A DNA stretch of 64,000 nt, from contig CM097885.1 of NCBI GenBank assembly GCA_044892525.1, forward strand, positions 47,183,727-47,247,726. The letters run 5' to 3'. A program made the position numbers and the translations under genes. Under the pieces are notes generated by a model that saw nothing but the letters and a program-made list of their open reading frames with translations, was not told where the DNA came from and made no database searches. This document shows, in pieces, positions 54,519 to 64,000 of the stretch; positions within the stretch are counted from its first letter, which is position 1, and the number at the start of each line of letters is the position of its first letter. The DNA is from Schmidtea polychroa (Eukaryota).

Positions 54519-55907
54519 TATCATTTAACTGTTTAAATAACTAAAAAATAATTTAAATTGATTGATTAAATTTCACACCAAACAAATATTTTGGGACTTT
54601 CCAATGTCATTAATTATGTTTTATCATTTTTAATTATTTAATTAATCCTAAAAATTTGCTTTTTGCTTATTTTCATTTACTAAATATAATGGCAAAACAT
54701 TTTGATAAAAATACTTTAGAATTAAACAGTTTAAAATTTGTCTATGAAACTTATTTAGTTATGTCGAATATTCTGTCAAAATGTTCCGTTTGAAGATGAT
54801 GAATCTGAATGCGTACCGAGCTACTGAGTGAAGCTAATGAAATTATATTAAGTCAAGATTTCTTCCAAGATATATCTGATAAAATTTGTTGCAAAACAAA
54901 TATATGATTATTCCGTTTCTAATCGAAAAATTTATAATTTGATAACCATCGCATTTATTATAGAATTAAGATTAAATATTATTAAATAAAATAAAAAAAT
55001 ACAAATGCGACACTTTGTTTAAATATTTTCTGTTGATTCAGATAACAAATAAGCAGTAAACAAAACAAGCAGGAGCAAAATATAGTATAACATCTTTTAT
55101 AACCATATTGAAGGAACCTTTTTTAAAACAATACAAACCTTGAGGATTTACAAGACTTTCAACTTTCAAAAAATTTGTTCAAACAGTAGGAGACACTAAT
55201 CCCATATAAAATCAACGAGATTTTTGTTATACCAAGAATTTGAATTTGAGAGGTAAATCTTGGATTTATATCAGGGAATTTAGGAAAGATAAAATATCAT
55301 TACTAACAATACAGACCAACATTTGGTATGTACTCTCAAAACCCACTGCGAATAATGTATTTAATAAAAAAATTTCCAACTATGGTTGTATGATCCTTAG
55401 TGTTTGTTATTCGAGGTTATCCATAAATATGATTGCTAAAATCCTGATATGCTAGAACCCATAGGCAGACTTGTTTAGAGACATTTTGTTCAAAGGTAAA
55501 ATAGGTGTTCTCGAGGATAACAGTGAGACTTTTGCCTTTTTTAAAAATTTTTGCTATCCGAAGTTTTGTCAATTTGTGAAAAATCATCAATAGCTGAACC
55601 AATTTAATTATAAAAATATAATTTAAATAAATAAATAATTAAAAAAAAATAAATAAAAATATATAAAAATTTGAAATAGTAAAAATATTTTTTGACAGTC
55701 TTAAATAATTTAGATTTGGTTTGAACATTTAAATAGTGAAAAATTAGTCTGCAATATAAGCAGAAAAAGATGCAATGGACAAGTTATTTTAGTGAAAAAA
55801 ACAAATTTTGGGTGGAAAACCTTCAGTTATTAAAACTGCAGAAAAAGCTTTCATATTTATTCACATTATATTTTTTAACTTTAAATCATTATTCACAATA
55901 TTAGTAT

Positions 55908-56068
<161 letters not shown>

Positions 56069-57868
56069 GGACTTCAGTACGCTGGTAAATTTATTTTATA
56101 TATATTGTCTAGATTTAAACAAACCTTTTCCGAATATAATATGAAATTAATTACTATAAAAAAAATGCAAAAAACAACACGATAATCATAATATTTTTTA
56201 ATCCAAATAAAGAAAAATCTGAAACCATATCTAAAATTGAAAACAAAATTTTGGTCATTGTTCTTAATCGCTTTAATTGCATAATTAATTTTCTATGGTT
56301 AAAAGATTCACAAAACATTTATTATAAATTTTCTTAAAATAAATAAAAATGTCTGCCAAAAATTTTACAAAATATGTCTTATTCACATCTGTCAATTAAT
56401 AACTTAAAAAAAATATAATTTAGAATAAAATTTTCTCAATTATTAATTGCATTTCTCAAATTTGTTGATTTTTAATCTTATTCACCTACATAAAAAATTT
56501 CCAGTACCACACTAATTGCTACTCTTCGTCATAATTCCAAGTATATATTTTATATAATATTGTATAATTTCCAAACAGACAGTTAAACATAAATTATTTA
56601 AACAAATGCGGAAATTAATATCGAAATATAACCAAAGCAAATATTTCTTCATATCCCCTGAGGACATAACTTGTTATTATTAGAGAAATTATCCGTTTAC
56701 AATTGAGAAGTGCATCTGACAAAAGACAAAATACTTTAAGAGTATATCATGATTTTTACTAAATAGTATGTCAAAAATCAAAGAGATTAAAAATAAAAAT
56801 TTGAAAAATATTCAAATTAATCAAAAGTTAATTGAAAACAGATTATACTGTAAAACTATAAAATTTGGTGAAATTTTATGCAAGTAAAAAAACTAAATAA
56901 TTTTTTTTTACTATTTATATTTCTAAGGAACAATTAATATATAAATTTACAAATCTAAATACAATTAATTTAAACAAAATAAATAATAATATTTTATTTT
57001 TTAAACAACCTTTAATTTATTTAAAAATTATATAATTTCAAAGTTTATTAATAATTTGAATTTAATAACCGCTAATAGCAACAAACTGTCAAAATATTTT
57101 TGGTTCATGTTTTGCACTACGATTTTTAGGGGGTCTTTTCCAATCTGTGGTACAATTATAAATTTCTTTGCAATCAACACTAATATTTCCAATGAATCTT
57201 CACGATTTATAGTCAGAGAACAATGTAAAGAAGTAAAACGGGTAAATAAATTGTTGAATTGAAATTAAGTTGTTTTGATTCTGATAAACTAAATAATTAA
57301 TAATGAAATAATTTAACAAATTTCATAGTCATTTTTTAATTAAGATGAATAAGTCACTAAAAAATGAAAATTCCCAGCATAAAATTAAAATTATATTTTG
57401 CTTAATGAAACTGTACTGAGCCGTGATTGGATGAAATTATATATATATATAAATTAGAGTGCTCCATAAATGTATTTAAAAAATTAAAGTCATCATATGT
57501 TTTCTTCACATATCTTCGTTTTGTCATTTAGGTTCACTGAAATTTAACTTCGTTACTGCATCAACTTTTTTTAATTTTTTAACATTACAGCTTGCAACAC
57601 CATAAAAAACTAATATTTCTAAGATAAAAACTAAAACGTTTTTAAATAAATGTTTGGAAAACTAAAGAAAAAGTTGATCGTATTCCTGTGATTGTCACTG
57701 AGAATCTTCTGAGAATCCCAAAAATAGAGAAATGGACAGTCAATCAAGGATACGTGTGGACTTAATTGAGAAATGAAATCTAATGTCCCAAATCAAAGGA
57801 CTGGTATTTGGCACAGCGGCCTGCAATACAGGAATGCACAAAGGAGCTTGTGTTAAAATTGAAGAGAG

Positions 57869-57872
<4 letters not shown>

Positions 57873-57933
<61 letters not shown>
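57873..57933. repeat. (TA)n microsatellite
   Basis: Visible directly in the sequence. Confidence 0.95.
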
Positions 57934-57939
<6 letters not shown>

Positions 57940-60900
57940 GAACTTTTTTCAAATTTCACCTCTGATTTATTTTCCATTAACATTGTATTTATTAAAAGCT
58001 TGACTATGAAACAGTAAAAATATCGATGTTTTTGATATATTTACTGATTCATAGTCAAGCTTTGTAATAAATACAATATATAGGTCTTTACGTGATCGAT
58101 TTTTACAGAATGAACACTTCACACTAAAATACCTTACTCTTTGTGTTTATGTTTTAATAATTTTTGTAATCTTTTGTATATTTTACTAGAATCTGACAAA
58201 TAATACAACATGAAATTAAAATTAATATAAACAAAATGATAAGTAAAGTAAATATAAAACCTTCTAAAACAGGACATTAATAATAGTATGCTCATTAATA
58301 AATTATTTTCTTATTATTATTAGTTTCTCTGATAACACATTTAGTCAAATAAATAATCAGTAAAAGGTATATAAAATGTTTATTTTAATAATTAATGCAG
58401 TTCTAACTCAATTCAATGGTAAAATTGTCTGTTAATTAATAATATTATTACTTTATTATATACCTCATAAATTATTGGATTCAATAGAATTATTTTATTT
58501 CTTTGTAAATGTGTTTTCAATTTTAATAATTTGACTTAATTTGGATAAATCCTTCATTTCCTCTTTCTAGAAACTGATTTATCATCATTTTCAAATGCAG
58601 TCACGGCTTTCCCTTTACAAGACGCGTTTTGTTTAGTTTTTCTTTACAAATATATTCCATGAAAACTTTGCGTTATATAGTAATGTTGTTCAACAACCTT
58701 ATTTGTATTCATTAAAAAGAGTCAATTTTTGTAGAAATCACTTTGAGTTGTAAAAAAATTGTCGTAAAAACCTCGTAAGTTTTATTTATAAAATTATTCT
58801 AAATTTAATATTTTATAGAATTTCAGTTATTTCTGCTAAAACACTGCCTATTTGCGAAGGTGAAGATCTGACAATGTAATATTTATTCATGAAATCACAA
58901 ATTTTGTTTTTCCAGTATTTCACATATTTTTCAACTAACTCTGTAGTTTTATGAAGTTATGGAAATGACAACCATTTGAAATATTCAAGGTAATTCTAAA
59001 ATGGCTGATATATAAATAAATTAACTCAAAAACTTAATTTTCTCATAAATAATGAGTCATCTATAATTGATGTACACACCAACCTGTATTATAGATGCTT
59101 TTATTCATTAAAAACAGCTGTATAATAATTGTGAAAAAAGTAAATTTGTGTGTTTCCATAATATAACTTAATTCATTTTTCTTTACATTACGTTAAAAGG
59201 TTTCGGTCATTTTATTCTAAATATTTCTGTAAATAATTTATTATAGTGCGTTTATTCATTAAAACGATATTACATATCGAAATTTTGCATGCATTTTTTA
59301 GTATGTGCTGTGTTTGTGTGTCAGTTTATTTTTTTCTGCCACTTTCTCACTTTTTATATTAAATGCGTTTGTTCATTGCAACGATAAAAATCAACACACA
59401 TGTATGTTTGTATGTTTATATAATATACACGTATCGGTTTTTATTTTACATTATGGATGCGTTTGTTCCCTGTAAGTGATTATTCTATTCAAACAGTTGT
59501 GTGTGTGTGTGTGCACATGTATGCATTTATTTGTTGCAATGGATAGTGTGATAATTATTAAATTTCGTCTAAGTGATTAACACGCAAAATTTACATTGTA
59601 AATAATACTTAAGAAAATTAAATTGGAAAACATTTGTTTACCAATTTAATTGAAATAACAAAAAATATATTCACAATAACAATATTTATGAATTCATCGT
59701 AATTATCCTATATCAAGAGTATACAATCAGTTCTTATTATAACACAGCTCAAAATATATGAAATAAATATATCAATTTTTCTTCTTTATTGTATATCAAT
59801 ACAGATGAGTATGACCCCAATCGAAATTAAACCCAATGGTATTACCATCAAATCCAAGAATTTGACTATTCTACTACAAAAGCCATTTATTTATTGCAAC
59901 TACACTGAAGTAGATGGATAGAGGCCCGCTAACTCACATACTCCCCTGTTGTGTATTTTTTTGTTCATAAAATTCGTAGTGTTTATATGCATTTTAACTC
60001 AAATTTTATGATCTTTTACAGTTTTCAAGGTCTTTTACGAAATTTCTCAGAGTTTTTATGTAGGTCAAATCGACTTTAAAAGTTAAGATCCGCTAAATTT
60101 AATTTCTGAATCTTCCAAGAATCGAGAAGAACCATACAATTTCATAAATGTTTCAGAAATATAAATTAATAATAATCGTAAAAACAATGTAATTGGAATT
60201 CTTATTTTTAATGGAGAAATGATTTAAAACCAATTTATGATTTATCTAATCTTCGTGTTGTATTGTTGGATGAGTTTGGGTGCAGATTATTTAGATCTAG
60301 ATGCGTTATATTCAGAAAATGTAAATTTACTTATATCTTCGTTCAGTTACGCTAAATTTTATTTCTTTGAAAAATACCCTCAAAGGAACAGAAATAAATA
60401 CAGTATCTGATTTAAAATTATGTCACATTGGGAGTAGAAACAAAATACACTTATTCTTGTTTATGATAATGTTAGATTTAATGTCAGTCAAACCAGACGA
60501 TTTACAGATATTTAGCTAAACATTAATTTAATGAAGTTATGCCCAATTTACATCTTCTATTGTACAGCGCCACAACATATATGCTTGTAATAAAGTTTAT
60601 CATAAACTCTAATAAATGTAGAATTTTATTTGTTGTTTTATTTAAAATAAATATAATAAAATCAAGTTTAAGATTTATTGATTAATACATGTACAGTCTT
60701 TTTCGCCACAAGTTGCTTTCATTATATTTTCTACAACATAATCAGTAAAATCCAGAAAATCATTACATTCATGTTATTCAATGTCTTCATGTTTAGGTTC
60801 ATTTAGAGTTTCATCAAAATCTGACAAAATTCATTAATTTAAGAATTTTTATTTATTCAAGAATCATTAGAAGATTCCCATTCTTGATCCAATGCTTTTA

Positions 60901-61134
60901 AAACGGCCATTATTTTTCTAATTTTTACACTAGTTATTTCCTCTAATTTTTCGAATAAAACGTTGATTAAAATTTATAAATAAAATTAACAGATTATTAA
61001 ATACTTATATTTTTACCTTTTTTAAAATTATTATTATTTTTAAATTTTAATATTACTTTGCTTATATCATGTCTCTGTTAAAATTTGCATTTATATTGCA
61101 TTTGATTTACGTTCATTTTGCAATGTCTTTATGA

Positions 61135-61136
<2 letters not shown>

Positions 61137-61227
<91 letters not shown>
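61137..61227. repeat. (TTA)n microsatellite
   Basis: Visible directly in the sequence. Confidence 0.95.
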
Positions 61228-61857
61228 GTCAAAATAAAAAGAAACATAAATACATTTATTAACATTTAACAAGATTTATTAAAATAATTATTAATTCTAG
61301 CAGTTGTAATTTTCCAAATCAGTGAAAATACATCATTATGATCGACTTTATAACCTTGAATTGTAATTGTTAGATACCCGCTTCCTTGTTCCTTAAAGCT
61401 TCTTTCTACAGGCAAATAATAATAACATCTTGCAAATTGATTATTAAAAAAAGCATTTTGTTTGCATTTCAGATTCGAATCCATCTTCTTAAAAACTCCA
61501 TCAATATTTTAATATTTCTTATTGAAAGTGTCCCTGCAAGGAATTGGAATTGAGTATGGTGTAGTTTGATCGGATTTACCAATTTCACATTAATTTCTTC
61601 TTTTAAAAAATACATTTTGTAGTTGTCCAACATCTGGGCAAGTTGCATAACTTTTAGGTTTTCGGAGCTCGAATTTTTTTAAATTATAACTTGCATAAGA
61701 TTGTAGCGAGTTTTTATACCTTCGAAAAATGTTGATTATCCAATCAAATTGAAGTCTTCACTTAAGTTGCATACGTGATGTATTCATATTGTTATTATCA
61801 TATGTCAGTATTGTTTTATTATGTGTCGTAATTTTAATAGTATAAATATTATTTTCA

Positions 61858-61892
61858 TTCTTCTTCTTCTTCTTCTTCTTCTTATTATTATG

Positions 61893-61968
<76 letters not shown>
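61858..61968. repeat. (TTC)n/(TTA)n microsatellite
   Basis: Visible directly in the sequence. Confidence 0.95.
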
Positions 61969-61970
<2 letters not shown>

Positions 61971-62499
61971 AATTTATAAGGTTCAAATAACAAACAATTA
62001 GTAGCAAAAACAAATAACATAAAAATTTATTTTGAAACATATTTTGAGAAATAAAATTGTCAAAGAGATTTTACTAAAGCCCATTAGACAATTACTTGGT
62101 AACGATCTACACAACAACTACATCCAACGATGCACGAGTATTCAGGTTCTATTTCCTTGATATATCTATGAATTTTCACATCCCACAAGAATTGGCTTAT
62201 GATGTAGAAAATTGATATTTTGTGCGATTGTAGACCGAGCCGGGAATCATAGTTTCTGGTCGGTCTTTCGTCACCTTGTCCATTTCCAGTTAACAAAACT
62301 TAGACCACTCCACAATAACGACAGCATATTCATCTGAAAATAAAATATTAAAAAATGAAAATAATAAATTAAAATTAACCGTAATGCTCCATTTTATTTC
62401 CATTACCGTATGACGTATTATACAGTTTACAACTGACATGAAATGAATAGACAACCATAAACCAATCAGATATTGAACCAATAGAATGATTTAATTTTT

Positions 62500-62793
62500 T
62501 ATGTTAGTAATAAATTATTTGTACTAAAAACGTCGCAACCACAATACCACAATTTTACCACTAGCAAACACGTTAACACACATAGGATTAATGCTGGAAA
62601 AGTAGGAAATAATGCTGGTTCAAACATACAGTGACATTTTCTTGAAATATTGTATAAATTGATACTAGGTTCCATATAAATAATAACTGTAATTGATTGA
62701 ATTTTAATGTTATTTATTTGATATTGTAACTAATCCGGTTGTAAACTTTATATTTGACACATCAATATTTTTATAATTAATATTTGATAACAT
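62500..62793 (-). pseudogene. TATA-binding-protein-like gene remnant within a Maverick-like cluster
   Basis: With frameshifts: MLSNINYK...IKIQSITVIIYMEPSINLYNISRKCHCMFEPALFP...NPMCVNVFASGKIVVL, compare TBP repeat 2 FKIQNIV...YEPELFPGL...IFVSGKIVLTG. Confidence 0.6.
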
Positions 62794-62894
62794 TATTAAA
62801 TGATCTATGAAATTTTAATCTTTATATACCCTTTTTAGTAGGATCTCAACAAAATGTCTAATATAAACAAAAATTATATTTATAAAACTTAATA

Positions 62895-63474
62895 ATGCAA
62901 TATTGAAATGATGTGGTATACCAAATCGTTGGCCCAAGTGGTTGTTAAAAAACCTCGTTTATCTGTAAGTTATTAAAGTCTGAATTATTCAAATCAAAAT
63001 TCAATAAAATTTATTGACACAGGGGTGTAGACGAAGAACATGGATTGATTCAAGATAAAGTAAAGGGATTTGATAAAAACTGCTCAACTCGAATAAAGAA
63101 AGGTGATGTCATCATAATTTGTATGAAGAAGCCAATAAAGAAAATATTTTTAGTAATTTATTCACCAAGTCAGTAGACATGTTGATGTTACTATTATTTT
63201 TATAACTCAAAACCAGTTACATCAGGGTGGTGGACATCGAACTCGTAATTTGAATGTTCAATATTTAGTTGTTTTCAAGAATCCCTAAGATGCAACTGTT
63301 ATTGATTTTCTCGCAAGACAAGAAAATCCTAATAATCCTAGTTTTCTAATCAGTGTATTTCAAGATTCTACAAAATTGACACATATGTATATATTTCTTG
63401 ATTTCATACAACAATGTTCTGATGATTCACGGGTAAAAACAAAGAAAGGTGCCTTAATTTATAAACAAAGTTGA
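62895..63474 (+). pseudogene. Maverick/Polinton packaging ATPase (A32/FtsK-like), degenerate
   Basis: Walker A YQIVGPSGC*KTSFI, then LFTK..RH..IIFITQNQLHQGGGHRTRNLNVQYLVVFKNP*DATVIDFLARQ...YIFLDF, the typical Polinton ATPase pattern; several stops and frameshifts. Confidence 0.85.
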
Positions 63475-63656
63475 AAACATGCTTGAGTAATAATATTGTT
63501 AAAAGCACGAGTTAAAAATCTCCGAAAACTTAGAAAAAGTATTAGAAAGAGTATTAAAATCAAAGTTCCACCAAAAACTCTTTATACTCCATTAAAAACT
63601 TAAAACTGAAAATTTTACGGCAATGAATTTTATTTCAAAAAATCCTAAACCTAATA

Positions 63657-63996
63657 ATGAGAAGAAGAATAATAAAAAGAAACATACTAAAGTTATTAAA
63701 AATCATCGGAGTTTCCTGTTTTTAATGCATTGTTAAAGGCACCGAGCATGAAAAGAATGAATATTTTACATTCATTTCCTAATTTTGTCGATGATTTACT
63801 CGATATTATACTTAAAGTAGTCAAAGGCAAGATTAAAATCGGCAAATCCAAAGAAAATGTATTGAATAGACACAGGAAACCTTAGTTATCGTTAGTAACT
63901 AATAAAAATCGTAAATAAATGAAAAAAATTATATATAAATAACAAGACGAATTTATTGGTGCATCGATACCATTGGCATTATCATTATTACGTTGA
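63657..63996 (+). pseudogene. Small basic Maverick/Polinton ORF remnant
   Basis: ALLKAPSMKRMNIL...ILKVVKGKIKI...VLNRHRK...K*QDEFIGASIPLALSLL resembles the conserved small Polinton protein that ends in QxGGF plus a hydrophobic helix. Confidence 0.5.
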
Positions 63997-64000
63997 TAAA

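Noticed and set aside
57783..57870. TGMHKG peptide suggesting another CELF exon
   Set aside because: Flanking residues do not fit an RRM and there is no splice donor after the motif; likely chance.

Overview
Very AT-rich, transposon-dense eukaryotic DNA; the composition and TE content suggest an invertebrate, possibly a flatworm (unverified inference). The one clear host gene is a two-exon class II DYRK kinase on the minus strand (35023..34000 joined to 17075..16588, 16.9-kb intron). The standout is a decaying Ty3/Gypsy LTR retroelement at about 654-10488. Its coding region reads, across only four lesions, as one polyprotein in an unusual order: Gag (3 zinc knuckles), two ubiquitin-like domains, an acidic linker, a Bcl-2-like domain, a signal/TM segment, a chuvirus-like (class III) glycoprotein, then protease, RT and RNase H. 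The envelope and a putative apoptosis regulator therefore sit between gag and pol. No integrase is visible; a PPT and a 1024-bp LTR follow. The rest holds hAT, piggyBac, Tc1/IS630 and Penelope remnants (the latter with minimal hammerhead ribozymes), several MITEs, a non-autonomous Maverick/Polinton with a 6-bp TSD, a decayed Maverick gene cluster (packaging ATPase plus a TBP-like gene), a chimeric FKBP6-like/EF1A fragment and many microsatellites. All family assignments come from motif recognition by eye; no database searches were run.
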